Assembly (NCBI GenBank): GCA_965235115.1 | Contig: OZ249438.1 | Span: 27,776,001 to 27,840,000 of the forward strand | DNA: 64,000 nt | Direction of reading: 5' to 3' | DNA from: Laetmonice hystrix | Taxonomy: Eukaryota | Part shown: one piece after another, positions 37,101 to 52,100 of the stretch | Layout of the letters: each line of letters starts with the position of its first letter | Position numbering within the stretch: position 1 is the stretch's first letter | Made by a program: the position numbers and the translations under genes | Notes under the pieces: generated by a model | The model's database searches: none | What the model was told of the DNA's origin: nothing | The model's input: only the letters and a program-made list of their open reading frames with translations

Positions 37101-40100
37101 AGGGAACTCTCTCACAGCGGTATCATATCTGTAAGGGGTTGAGCGCGGCAGAGAGACAGCTGCTACATTAACTGTTACTAATGACCACGGATGGCGACAC
37201 AGGGAACTCTCTCACAGCGGTATCATATCTGTAAGGGGTTGAGCGCGGCAGAGAGACAACTGCTACATTAACTGTTACTAATGATCACGGATGGCGACAC
37301 AGGGAACTCTCTCACAGCGGTATCATATCTGTAAGGGGTTGAGCGTGGCAGAGAGACAACTGCTACATTAACTGTTACTAATGACCAGGGATGGCGACAC
37401 AGGGAACTCTCTCACAGCGGTATCATATCTGTAAGGGGTTGAGTGCGGCAGTCAGACAACTGCTACATAAACTGTTACTAATGACCTGGGATGGCCAACA
37501 GCCAAGGTGATGGGATGGGAGTAAGGAGGACACAAGGGTAAGAAAACACGGACACCATTCTTGATACAGCACAAGACATCAGTTATCATGTCATAGGTTA
37601 GCTGACTGGTTCAGTCTTATATTCTCTTGATGTTTCAAATCTTTTTCCCTTCACTAGAAATAGTTACAACCGGAGGCTGAACATGGAATAAGTAGTTCTA
37701 ACAGCAAGTGATGTTTGCAGAATATATATCATTATCAAAATCCAAATTCTTTTTAGCTCTCGATCTGAACCATCTTGAAGAAAGATATGAGAGAAAGCTG
37801 TGAATCTAGAAAGATGTCAAGTGAAATATAAAAGCGTTATCATTAAAGTTGGGGAGGAATTACCTTAATCAACATGGGCATACTAATATATACAGAGACC
37901 AGCGGTCAGGTTCTGACCACCAGGCCTAGGACGGTCCGTGAGCAATCATCCAGATTAACAAGCAAAGCAGAATCGATGGCATCTACTCTACTGAAGGTGA
38001 CAGATACTAAACTACACTAACCCCACTTCCCGCCAGGTGGCGCGCCCAGACTACAGGGCCCGGTCAGGGTGTTATCACCACAGGTATACGGCCAGGTACC
38101 TTACACAATGGAGCACACAACCACTACCACACCCTCCATACACTAGTACCGACACCAAGTGGTCTGCACGTAGAAGGTATGGGTCAGGTCAAAGCGGGAT
38201 CACATTACTGGGTTGATCCCTACAGTATTGATGGACTGGATGCTTCACCTATGGACTGGTATTTCTATCTTCATAATATCAGGTGGTCGGAAACTCTTAG
38301 GTTGCAATAGTTATGTCTATGTGGCGTGCATTATCTCTTTAATCTAATATGGATGCAATATCCACAGGGATATCCAGTGATTGGATCTCAGTAGCTCAGT
38401 TTGGTGACTTAACTTACCTGCCACTAGGTGGCACCAAGTATAGAATAGTATCAAGGCTGGCTTACCTTGAGGCGTCCTCTCCTGTCAGAAAGCTGGAGTT
38501 CTCTGGCTGACTGCAGTTTCTCGATTTGTTTCTCGAGGTCGTCGAGCCCAGCGTCGACTTGGGCTCTCTGTCCGTGGTAGAGGCTACACTTGTTGAGAAA
38601 CTCCTTCCGTCTCTTCACTAGGTGGTCAATGTCAGCCAGCACAGTTCGCCACTGCTCCGCCAGGGGGAGCATGTGTTCTCTGACCCAGTCGGGGTTGTCC
38701 TTGGCCAGACGACCATAGCGGGAGGAGAGTTTGGACAGGACACTCTCCTTCTGACTAATGGCACCACGCAGCTCCTGCAAACAGACCGACATATCAAACA
38801 CAGCGCCAATACCAAACTAAGTCTGTTTTTTTTTTTAATCAAACCTCGTTATAAATTACTGAGCCAGTATTTGGATGCAAATGCAGATCGAAACATCCCT
38901 TGCCAGAAACTGCTCCCTGAGGGTCAGTAAAATATAGGGCCGTACCTGGAGGTGCTGGAGTTCCCGCTGAGCGGGGTCGATGTGTAGTTTGGCTGGTTTA
39001 CTGGCCAGTTGTTGGATCTCGGTTTGTCGGGCAGTCAGCCAGCCAACCAGATCTTCCTCCAATCGTTCTGCTGCCTCCCACGTCCTGATGTCCTCCTGTG
39101 TCCGTGACACGTGTCCCTCCATGGACAGGATAGCCTGAGAGAGGTTCATATTGACATCTTCGGCTTGTCTGGTGAGAGGCGAGTCGAGGTTGGTGGCCGC
39201 AGAGTCTGGGCTGCTGTCAGTACTGCCAAAGTTCTCACACTTCTGGGCGGCCGTCATGATGTCAACCCGGTACTGTACGAGTTGGTCTAACAGGGCCTGG
39301 GAAATGGCAATCATTCACGTGTCACAGTAACATGTTAATGTCAAACTACATCTTACTCCTCCTATCAAACACCAGGGGTTGTTTCAATAAGTGTGTCAGA
39401 CTGTCCAACAGGCGACGGTCAGGCTCTCGCTTGGTTGTAGGGCCTGGAACTTTTGGTCCATCACCAGTTCGACAGTCCTAAGCCATTATTGAAAGAGCCC
39501 CCTGAATATGTTCTCCGGGACTTGAAAACGTCTCGGGTATGGTACTGAATAATGACCTCATACAAATATAGGCTGACCTTGGCCTCCTGGTGGCGACCTT
39601 GAGCAGCGCTGAAGGTTTCTGGAGGAGGCTGCTCCAGTTGGCGTACCATCCAGGGCTGAGCTGTGTCCTGGAGGTGGCTCCTACAGCTCTCTAGGACGGC
39701 TTCATACTGACTCCAGCGTACTACTACCTCCGACAGACGCTCCTGGAGGTTAAAACAACATATATATAGATGTCTTCAAAGATTTAATCAATACTGACTG
39801 ACTGGTTCTACTGCTCATCCAAAGTAAACCATGTGACTGAAATCTGGTGATTATCACTAATAGTACTCAAGAATACTAGTACAGTTTCTATTGGTCCTTA
39901 TCATGGCTTTATTATGATGATGAAAGATAATCTAACTAGAAAAGGACATAAACGAACAAAACAATAATATCTGCATATTATTATCTCTTTTCTAGTGAAA
40001 AAGCATATGAACAAATTATATAAATTCTATAGAAAATTTGATAAAGGGATGAACATGAGGTAAATTTTGCCTTCTTGTAACTAAAATCTGAAAAAGCATA

Positions 40101-43100
40101 TAAAATATGCTGAAATGATCAATGACCTGATATTTCATTAAGCTAGTTTGTACCTGACCTTCAAGATGGCGAATCAGTTTTTGCAAGAAATAATCTGACG
40201 GCAGTTATGTATGTTGTCCATACATCTTTTATTCTAACATACAAATAGAAAGAGCAAGTACGGTACAATATTTGGTACGGTTGTTGTTTGAGCACTGTTG
40301 TGTACTTCTGCTATGATTAAGATAACATGTTTTCAACCCTCATATCAACATTTCTGGGGCTATGTTCCAAATGCTGATATCAATCCACCCAGAACGACGG
40401 AGGGAATACATTATTTATAGTTGAACCTTAACCTCCAATAATATATTTTAATGAAACTACCTGGGAAGAGTTAATTTTCTAGCCTATGTAATAAAATGTT
40501 ACAAAGATGCCTACCAGAGCAATATGGTAAAGCAATGCCTAGTGAGCATTTGGAGAAAGATATTACGATTTAAATCGAGAAAAAGATTCTATCATCTGGT
40601 ACCTTCAGTACATGTAGTTAAAAAATGTATTTCACTTGTCCTTGATATTTAACTGCCCTCCAGACAGTCTGTGATATATTAAATTTGATGGATCATTTGA
40701 TGTTCATAAGTCATTCCGATTGGATGTTTCCTTCTTGTAAACCCCCAGTTTTTGTTCACACTCAAACGTGATTACATGGAACACAACTGTCTCCAAATAG
40801 AAAGAAACCGTTCGAACGGTGGTGGAGAATGACAAAAACCAGAGTCTGACGTCTGACTGGGCTGTAAGACGTCACAGCTCCTAGAGGGTTTACAAACACC
40901 TGTTTCTACCAACGATACCCACGGCTCGTCCAAGGATCCTCTTACAGTGCGAAAGGTTATTACTGGCTTAATTCTGTAAGAGGACCTCACAGCCTTTTGT
41001 CAAAGCAATCATTTTAAAATCGTCAGTTTTAAAAGATGGGAGTCCATTTAGAAATATCTGAGGTCTATAAATCCAAGAACAATCTGCCGCATGAAAAGAA
41101 CATTTTATCCATTAAGTCTACTTTGTCACAGACAACATTAAGCACAAGGACATGTTTTACCCTTGGTCATGTTGCAGACAACAACCTCTTTCAATACTCT
41201 AACTACTGCAATCTTCAGACCTCAAACTTTGAATACTCTCTCAGAACTGGTATTCGCTTGCCTAATACTGACATAAATGTGATTCAGTCAAGGCTGACGT
41301 GAAGTTGTCACAGATCATTTTTTCTCAGTATTACAATACCGTAGATCCTCACCCGAGCTGATCATTTAATCTTCCAACTAAGGAAGGAGAACTGACCTAA
41401 GTGTGTGAGTTTACCTTAATCTGGAGCGCCGTTGCCTGGAGGGAGAGGTACGAATCCTCCAGGTTGGACAGCTGTGATTCGACCTGATCCCGGAGCGCCA
41501 CCTGTTGGTTCGAGGCGGCAACCAGCGCCTGCCCTTTGTGACGTACGTCGTCTAGGTGGACCTGATGGTTGTCTATCTCCTCAAGTAACACCTGGTAACC
41601 ATAACAACCACAAAACAACTCTTCAATTATTTCATCTTTTTCATGTTATTCTTCAAACGTGTTTAGAGTGAAAGTAGTCCGATTGGCCCTGTCGGATTGC
41701 AGGATCCATTCTCTGCCCGTAGATTTGAGTTTTGAATCGGTGACCACATTTTGGCCATGTGAAGATTGCCCCATGCCCCCTCCCCACACGGTGCCCCCCC
41801 CCCCCCCTCCATACGTTGAGTGCAGCCCAGAGGAGGCTGGCTGAGTTCTCACCTGGTGTTTGACCATCTCATCCTGGGCGTGCTCCTTGGTGCTGACGTT
41901 GAGAGCGCCGTGTGACATGAGACGGAATGACATCTGTAAGATCCACTTGTCAAGTTCCTGGAGTGACTCCCGGTATGTGAGGTGGTCACGGTGGGCCTGG
42001 TCCAGCTCTAGTACCTCTCCCTGAAACCATCACAACCATCAATCACACGGCTCATTGTACCATGTCAATAAATACCATCTACTGTGGGTTGGCTGGAGTT
42101 AGGAATAAGATATTTCGGTACAAATGCTTTTCCATTCAAACACAGACAGTATAAAAAATATGCATCCCATTCTATAAAAGAAAGAACAGAAAGTAAGCAT
42201 CTCGCTCAATAAAATAAGTCTCTCATTGGCAAATATTCAGATTTGTTTTTTACATTTACTTTTCAGACGAACCGTGAAGCAGGTCTTACCTGAATGGTTG
42301 CCTTGACCTTGTCGTAGCGATCCCTCAGGTCAATGTAAGCTGTCCCAAGTTCGGCACTGTCTTCACTTAGTAACTCATTTAGTTCCGACAGCTGCTCCAT
42401 CTGGTGACCATGGGATGAAATATCCTGGAGAAGTGACTGCAAAAAAACAAATTCTATGAAAAGAACCTGTGTGCCTGAAATAATGCTGCAATTGGGATCG
42501 AATCGAACCAAAGTCTGCAATCAAGCCACTCCCCTACGATTGTGTATTGATCAATTAAGAAGTTATATCACAGGCTGGAGGAACATTGTCAATCAAATAA
42601 TTGTAATCACTACGTGTTTTGGTATCCTGTTAGTCATACCTTGTATTTTTCTAGTTGGGCCTTCTTCTCGACGAGTTCGACCTTTGGCTGTGGGCCGACC
42701 TTGGCCAAACTTTCCACCTCGGTCAGCCAGGCCAGGATCTCCTGGTAGGTGTCCTCGAACTGCGTCCACCGGGTGAGACGAGTCTCGAGAGCACTACCGT
42801 GGGAGTTGATGGTTTTGTTCAGCCTGTCCCAGTCCTGTTTGACCCCTGTCACCTCCTCCTCCACTCTGACCTTGAGCTCAGGTGGCGCCCTCTGTGAGAG
42901 ACGCTGACTTGCCTCACACATTGTATTGAGTAGGTGGAGTCCATCCGGCAGGCTGTTGGTGATCTCCTGGTGATCAACATTACGATACCTCATCAGATAA
43001 CTAGTACGACTACGGCCTACCTTTACGCTGACGGTGATGAAATATGACCCTGTCAGATTTATATATTTGATGTGTGACATCTTACCTTGATAGTGTTGAT

Positions 43101-46100
43101 CCTTGCTTCCAAAGCCTGCTCGTTCCCTGATGTGTCCTCACACAACCCCAACTTCGTGTTGGTCGTGTCTAGCCATTCCCGGCAGGCAGCTAGCGCTATC
43201 TGGTGGGCTTTACGGTCTCTGGCCAACTGCTCTAACTTCTGACTCGACTCCTGCACACAACATATGTACTTAGTTCAAATCTACCATCTTTATCTATATC
43301 TGCTGACATTTACTGAGCCACTCAGTAAGTTCTTCGTTCACAAGCTCATGATATTATATCTGTACATAGTATCATTATTCATAATAAAAGGGTTAAGTTA
43401 AACATGAACAGCTGCGTGCTGCGGGTAATGTTTACACCACCACATATATAGTCTGGAGGTTGTTACCAAGATTTCAGTCACAAGGTGTTCATCGTGTACA
43501 CCAAGGAAGTGAAGTGTTCTTCGAGATAACACTTGGCACTCAATTCTAAATCCAGGATAAAGGACCTATATTATCTCCATATATTAAGTACCTTGGTTTC
43601 CAGTATAGTTTCCTTACTGACTAAATGTAAACAAACAGAACATTTTTTTACTTTGCTCACATGACTGGAAGCGTTTGACGAGACACAATCTAGATCAATA
43701 CACAGAAAGCTCCTAGACAACCTTAACTAACCAGCTTGTAATCATGCAAAGACCATGTGACTGCGCAAAATAAAGAAATGATAAACTCATCAATGAATAC
43801 ATAAAGCTTCACCCTTAGTCATCCAAACCACAATATACCGGTACATGGAAACATGAAAAACAGCACAGAGGTGATCAGTAATAATGTCTCCTCTCCAAAC
43901 TGTTTCCTCACAGAGTAAGTAGATCTAGCTATTCTCTGGTTTCATCTATGATGACATTATCCCGTATGTTTTAATACTGCAGAGATAAGTAATCACTAAC
44001 TGTGATGGTGCAACCCAAGTCTTACAAGCAAGTTGTATAATATTACAATAAAGCTCTAGCGTTGTGCACCATGAAGCGAGGACATTCCCATACACTTTTC
44101 TCTTAAAGTTGTCGGCCTTCTAACAGATGCGCTGACAATATTCTACTTGGATGGTTTAAAAAGACAAAATAATTTGAAATACATGTGAAATACTAGACAA
44201 CCTCTCACAAAAAAGGTTTTAACCATCTCTGTGTGATAATCTGAGACTAGTGAAAAACTTACAGTCCAAGCTCTCTGTAATTTGTAATATAATTATGGAA
44301 TAGAGTACTTATTGTTAACGGCCTCAAACAAAATCTGTACGTTCAGGGTCAAATAAATTACTAATGTTACTAAAATAATTAACTACCTTAGTAATTTTAC
44401 TATGAACTTTGAAACTACTTTTCCATGAAGCATTACATTGATTAATAATGCTCGTGGCGACTACAAACGCTTCTTATTGAAAAAAAAACAGGAGAAATAA
44501 AAATAAAGGAGAAATTCTTTTTCTTTTCCACACATGAGGATAGAGTACTGTTCTGTAAATCTCCTACCGAGTCTATACAGACTATTTACTCGTCTTGTTA
44601 AAAAATAGAAAGCTTTCAATGGGCAGTACAGCAGCCTGAAGCCTCATACTTTATAAGCCTAACTAATGTACATATAACATGTATACACACCTTTGTGGAT
44701 GTCTGCAAAGTCTGCCACCTAGTGGCTAACTGAAGCACCTTTGCGGCCAAAGCAGGGTCAGCTGACCTTTGAACTATGACATCAGACTTCTCTGTAAGCT
44801 TCTGTAGCATAGGTTTCTGTGCCAAGATTTGTGAGGATAGTACCTGGAAAAAAAGAGTCAATTTTCAGAACCCCAAAACGGATAACCACCAAAAGTGATA
44901 GATCTTTTCACGTATTAAGTAGCATTATAAACATAAGCTCCTACCTCGACCTCCTCGAGATGTATCTCTGGTGCACTGGTCAGAGGTTGTGATGCTGTGA
45001 CCTTGACCTGGTTTTCAGCCAGAGTGAGCCATTCAGCAAACTGTGCATGCTCAGTATCAAACTCATCCAGACCATGGAGGCAGTTCTCCAGTGTCTCTGA
45101 TGTCTCAGAGACTGTTGTCAGGAGACCATTCATCTCCTGTCTGAGAATATCAACATCGTGACTGATCACCTTGCAGCCACCAGGGGACGTTTCAGCCATG
45201 ACACTTTCTGCGACTCTGCAAGTTTCGGACAGTTTCTCCTCACCTTCCGGCAGGCCATTTTTGAGTTCCTGAAATTCATTCACCAAAGGAAACTGAGGAG
45301 GCACCCAACATTATTTAATTATTATTTAATTCGTAACACCATTCTGGTTTTGTGACACTCATAAAAGTTGCACTAAATCAATATAAATATTTATACTCTT
45401 GCATATCCCCTAACTGAACCCTTTTTATTCCTTTTAGAAGCTGCGACTAGATGTGACCCAAGAAGAGATTACCTCGAGTTGCTGCAGTCGGTCATGCATG
45501 TCAGCCTTGCTGCCACCAGCATCTGCTAGTCTCTGCAGCCTCTGTCTCGTGGCGGTCACCCACTCGAAGCAGCCATGGTAAACGGTCTTGTACGCCTCAT
45601 GGTTGGCAACCTCGGACTCCAGACGACCAACGACCTCCTCACTGAGGTTAGTGATGCCATCGTACTGCTCTGTTACCTCTGTCAACATATCACTAGCATG
45701 TGGCTCCTGTAACTGTACACATCTCTCCTCTAACTGTCGGATCTGGGGTTCGTGAAGGTCAACGTCCTTGGCCAACATCCTCATCTTCTCAAGTTGACCT
45801 TTCTTCTCGGCAAGGCTGCCCCGTGGGTCATTATCTGACCTCAGTCTGGCCACTACATCCTTCATCCACACCGTCAGCTGGGTACAGGCATGATCAAAAC
45901 TGTTCCACTGAGTCAGGGTCGACTCAAGGTCAGCCTTCGCTTCCACGACACCACTCTTAAGTCTGTCGTATTCTGTTTTGAATAGGTGGAGCTGTTCCCT
46001 GATGAACAACGTACCTTCCTCATTGCTACTGGGTATCACTCTCTCGCCAGTGTCGACAACAGCCTTCAACAACCCGGCTCCCTGGTCTAGTGATGACTGT

Positions 46101-49100
46101 AACTCCTGCAGGATACAAACCAATCATCCACATGATAACACGACTTGGAGCATACCTTCCTACAACATACAATCAGCAGGTCAGGTTACGCTACTAATCA
46201 CTCACCTTGAGCGTGCTCAGACGTGATTCCACATCTCTCCTTGTCCCGGCAGAGTTGTGCATTGTTTGAAGTTTCTCTGCAGCACCATCTAACCATGTGG
46301 CATACTCCTCCGTCGCCGTCTGGTAGCGGCGGTGATCATTTACATGCAGGTCTACCCGCCGCATGATGTCCTGGACATAACAGGACAAACCTTTATAGTA
46401 GTATTCAACTTTTACAGATTTTTCAACCTAAATTCACAGAAAGGCACCATGTATAGCATTTCGTTCATCAGTTCACCTTAGTATCAAAGGACAAGAATGT
46501 CAGTTCTACCATCAGTGTGTATTGTCAGAACACACAGGGTCGCTGTACCTCAAGGCAGCCTTACCTTACTGAGTGAAAGCAACGTCTGATACTTGGTGGT
46601 TAACTGAGTGATGGCATGGGAAACCCTGGCGTCTGAGTTCACTTCAAGAAGTCGGGTTGCACGCTGACTGACCACGTCCATGTCAGATTGCCGACGGAGT
46701 AACTCAGCATGTTCAGCCTGCAATGGCAACAGTTAGCCCTTCCAGTTGTCTAATAACGAAAGGCTAAACTATCAACTTCTGAAAAATTCTTCAATTAATT
46801 CATTAGAAGAGACTGATTGAGTTGATTACGTATCAGTTTCAACATTATGGACTGTAGGACTAGTGTGTCAGAATCCCTGTCCCTCAACAATACACCCAGC
46901 TTCTCCAACACAAGTCCATACCTGACAATGTTGGAGCTGCTCCTCCTTCTCCTCCAAGTTTGCCAAGCTGCCAGACTCTTGTCTGAGTCGAGCCTCGGTC
47001 TGTGTAAGCCAGGAGACAAACTCCTCAAACGCTTCCTCATATTGATGCCAACACTCGAGGCAGCTCTCCAAGGTGTGAGAGACTGCCTCCAGCTGGTTGT
47101 GGTAGTCCTCCAGATCACCAGTCATGGCCACCAACTCCTGCTGGATCCGTGGGTGTCCACCTGGTGCCGTGTGGGCCAGCAGAGACTCAGCCGCTGACTG
47201 CGCCCTCTCTAGGTGACCTTCGCCATCACCTAACTCTGGTTGCAGGGCCTAGACATGGATTTTAAGGTCATGACCATCATTAATTTTGAGAGTGCTGGGT
47301 ATATATACACATGACATAACACTCACGTCTTATCAGCAGGGTTTGGATAAACAAATCTTGGGCACTCTCACTCTCATCCAGCTAGCGTCATCCTAACTAG
47401 CACTGTAGAATTGGACTGATAAGAACCTGGAGACTATATCATAATTAACAATTTGATGGCTCCCTCTCCCATCGGACTTTACTGAAGGACACAATACACT
47501 ATAATATGTTTTAGGGGTTCCCACAATTTAATTAGACTAACAGACAACCTACCTTCAGTTTGTCAAGCTTGGCCTTGATACTCAGTTTGTCTCCGTACGT
47601 GTCAGAACAAGCAGCTAGTTTCTCACGAACTGATCGCAGCCAAGTGTTAAATGCTGTACATAAGTCATGGAAAGCTACATGTTCCTGGACCGCAATCTCT
47701 GCCTGCTGCAAGGACTCCTACAAAAACAGCACACACAACCTCATCAGACAATATGTCTCAGCTATTTGGTCCACACAAATGGTATTAATATATCATACCC
47801 TTGGCATCAGCCTTCACTCTTAACTCATGAGAAAATATTCCCACAATTCTAGAAACACTACCCTTCCATGCATCGTATTTTTCCGTTCCCCTAGACCTCC
47901 GACTCACCTTAACATTAGCCTGCAACGTGCGGTACTGTTGAAGCGTTGTAGTACTGTCGTCTGCCACCAGGCTGCCAGGACTTGTCACAGCCAGATCCTG
48001 GGCCTTGGTGACAGCAGAGTCAATGACGTGTTCATACGCTGTCACATCCTGATGAAGGCCCTGCAAGGTTACAAAAACAAAACCTTCAACTTCATATGAT
48101 AACATTTGCAATGGGTCGTAATACTGAATGCATCATCTGAATAAACTTGAGAATTAAAAATACTATTAACGATGTAATATAACTAATGGTGATGAACTTA
48201 GTCTTCCATGAAAATCGAAAATCTAAACCTAAGTACCTCACGTAGATTAAGATTCGTTAGTTTCCAGCACTCTCGGTTCTTTCTGCTACTCACCTTGACC
48301 TTTTGGAGCAGAGCCTTTTTCTCACTGAGGTCAGACTTGGGGTCAACACAGTCCTTCAGCCTCCGGTCTATATCTCGCAACCACTTGGTGATCTGATCGC
48401 TGGTGTCGCTGTAATCGACCCACCGGAGTAGGCACGACTCCAGGGCGGAGCGTGTGTCTGAGACACTAGAAATGAAGACATCCCAGTCAGCCTGGAGGGA
48501 GGCCAGGTCCCTACGGATAGTTTCTCGTCCTGCTGGACTGGTTGAGGTGAGGGTCTTGTCACCCCAGGTGTGTGCGGCGTGGATCAGTGACTGACCTTCC
48601 TCCTTCATCACCACAAACTCCTGTAACAGTGGGGAACTTTCGGTCAGATGGACATTTTACATTTATCCTTTCATATAATGCACATTTCAAATTTAAAATG
48701 TATGCATTGACTGTCATTGACCATAACTACATACATGTAGACTCTGAAGTTGAGCCTGAAGGGCCTGACGGTCACTGGACAGATCACTACAGGCTGACAG
48801 TTTCTCACTCGCTGATGTCAGCCACTGGGAGCACTTATCATAGCTCGTCTTGTACTGAAGGTGGTCGTCCACATGCTGCTCCAACTTCTTCAATGTGTCC
48901 TGTATTGGAAGGCAGAGTTACAACAGGACAATTAGTCCATGAATAACGCAGGACACTGTTCAATACTCTTATACAAGAATTCGTCTGTTAGTCACAAAGC
49001 AAGTAATTTCAACATTAGGTAGGGCTCTATTTTTTATCTCTCCCTCCTCAGGGTCACTTGTTACCTTTGAGGCAGTGAGTTAAGTAGGCCCGTATTTTTT

Positions 49101-52100
49101 TAACTCTCCCTCCTCAGGGTCACTTGTTACCTTTGAGGCAGTGAGTTAAGTAGGCCCGTATTTTTTTAACTCTCCCTCCTCAGGGTCACTTGTTACCTTT
49201 GAGGCAGTGAGTTAAGTAGGGCTGTATTTTTTTATCTCTCCCTCCTCAGGGTCACTTGTTACCTTTGAGGCAGTGAGTTAAGTAGGGCTGTATTTTTTTT
49301 ATTTCTCCCTCCTCAGGGCCACTTGTTACCTTTGAGGCAGTGAGTTAAGTAGGGCTGTATGTTTTTATTTCTCCCTCCTCAGGGTCACTTGTTACCTTTG
49401 AGGCAGTGAGTTAAGTAGGGCTGTATTTTTTTATCTCTCCCTCCTCAGGGTCACTTGTTACCTTTGAGGCAGTGAGTTAAGTAGGGCTGTATTTTTTTAT
49501 TTCTCCCTCCTTGGGGTCACTTGTTACCTTTGAGGCAGTGAGTTAAGTAGGGCTGTATTTTTTTATCTCTCCCTCCTCGGGGTCACTTGTTACCTTTGAG
49601 GCAGTGAGTTAAGTAGGGCTGTATTTTTTTATTTCTCCCTCCTTGGGGTCACTTGTTACCTTTGAGGCAGTGAGTTAAGTAGGGCTGTATTTTTTTATTT
49701 CTCCCTCCTTGGGGTCACTTGTTACCTTTGAGGCAGTGAGTTAAGTAGGGCTGTATTTTTTTATTTCTCCCTCCTTGGGGTCACTTGTTACCTTTGAGGC
49801 AGTGAGTTAAGTAGGGCTGTATGTTTTTATTTCTCCCTCCTCAGGGCCACTTGTTACCTTTGAGGCAGTGAGTTAAGTAGGGCTGTATGTTTTTATTTCT
49901 CCCTCCTCAGGGTCACTTGTTACCTTTGAGGCAGTGAGTTAAGTAGGGCTGTATTTTTTTATCTCTCCCTCCTCAGGGTCACTTGTTACCTTTGAGGCAG
50001 TGAGTTAAGTAGGGCTGTATTTTTTTATTTCTCCCTCCTTGGGGTCACTTGTTACCTTTGAGGCAGTGAGTTAAGTAGGGCTGTATTTTTTTATTTCTCC
50101 CTCCTTGGGGTCACTTGTTACCTTTGAGGCAGTGAGTTAAGTAGGGCTGTATTTTTTTATTTCTCCCTCCTTGGGGTCACTTGTTACCTTTGAGGCAGTG
50201 AGTTAAGTAGGGCTGTATTTTTTTATTTCTCCCTCCTTGGGGTCACTTGTTACCTTTGAGGCAGTGAGTTAAGTAGGGCTGTATTTTTTTATCTCTCCCT
50301 CCTCGGGGTCACTTGTTACCTTTGAGGCAGTGAGCAGGGCACTGTAGCGTGAGTTGAGCTGGGTGAGTTGTGATGTAAGTCGTGAGTCAGATGTCGTCTG
50401 CAGCAGATTCTGTGCCTTCTCATTGACACCGTCAAATATGGCCTCCTCACCAACAATCTCCTCATGACGAATCTACAGGTCAACACCATAATACTTTACA
50501 TACTGCCTCTCTGTCATCATTATATCTCCGAGAGGCTAGTCAGTCAAGACACTACCTCTAGTGTATCAGGTGAAATCTCATTTGAAATCTCATTTAAAAT
50601 ATCATTTAAAACATCAATATTTAGCAAGATCAACATTTGACATGGAATTTCAATTCAACCCTTCATTCTACACAAAATATCTCTTCTTTCTTTTTTTTTC
50701 TTTCTTAAAATATTTCTCCACTTGTGTTTCTGATGGCTTACCTTGTGTTTCTTCAAACTCTCCCTTTTCTCATCTAGAGTGGCCTTGAATTCCATGCCTG
50801 CCTTCACCTTGGCCTCCATGATCTTCACCCATTGGCTGAGCTGTTCATATGTTGCGTCATAATCTGCCCACTGTGACAGCAGACGTTCTGAATACAAAAA
50901 TAATTACCCATAGTTAGTACAATGTATTTTTGACTTGGAGAAATAAAACCTTCAAAGGTTATGTGTATATGAGTGAGACATATGGTGGGAGTGTTACTTA
51001 CCAAGTTGTGCCTCAGTCTCACTGATGGTAATGAAGCAGCTGTCAAACTCCTCACATAGTGCTCGAACTTCATGCTGGAGGATTTCCTGTCCACGGACCG
51101 CAGTGTTGGGGCTCGTCTTCCCAGCATGCTCCTTCACTGACGTTACTTTCTGACTGCCAACCTCCTCCTCACTTGACAACTCCTGTTTATACACATCATG
51201 AAAGTCTCAGCTACATGAAACTGACTTCAATTCCTACATACAAACAATTACAAGCCTCATTATTTGTTCACAAACAAACCTGTATCTTTTGAAGTTTGGC
51301 CACGAGACTGTGTTGGTCGCCCCGAACATCGGAGTTCATGACGAGCTGGTCTGAGATGACTGTCATCCAATCACGAGCCTCGGTGTATGTGTCCTGGTAG
51401 GCTGCATGCTCTTTGACACAGAGGGCACTCTGCTTCTCCAGGCCCTGGTATCAACAGGTGGTATACCAAAACATTTTACATTCCTGTCATGTAAATTGGT
51501 ATAGTTGACAATTCACACCAACTTTCAAATCCATCTCTAGTGTAGGCCAGATCAAGAAACAGTACGGAAATTATGATGAAGTAAATCAGTATATAAAAAC
51601 AAGTTTTAATCAAGCTTGTGATAAAAATGTAGTAATAGTGCACAGTCATTGAAGACATTTGGCCTTCTGAAAACATAAAAAAAAAACTTTCTTACCTGGA
51701 TAGTCTGTGCCAGGCTTTCATATCGCGAGACAATTGTTTCAACCTCGGCGCTGACTTGCGGGTCACTGATTGCCTCAGCCAGGGTGGCAGCCTTCTCTTG
51801 GAGACTGGTCACTGCTGGGTGCTGGCTCACTACTGCCACCTGGAGGGACTGCAGCGAACCAAATACAAACACATTCAACTCACTTACCCTCAACAAATTA
51901 TCAGCATTCATGCATTTCTGTTGAGAGGCGTTTCAAACTTTTTCATTGCGTTTAAATATGTAAACCCATCCAGTCTATCTGGAAGGCACAACTATCAGAT
52001 TCTAGTTTACCTTGACTCTGTCCAGCTGAGCCCGTTTTTCCGGTAGGGAGGACTGCGGGCTTGACTCGACCTTGATGACATTCTCTGTCTCTCTCAACCA

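Noticed and set aside
40159-40233. Exon-like segment with AG and GT boundaries
   Set aside because: In-frame TGA, and not needed for the chain.
43592-43620. 29-nt segment with a good pyrimidine tract and GT
   Set aside because: Frameshifting length, no other support.
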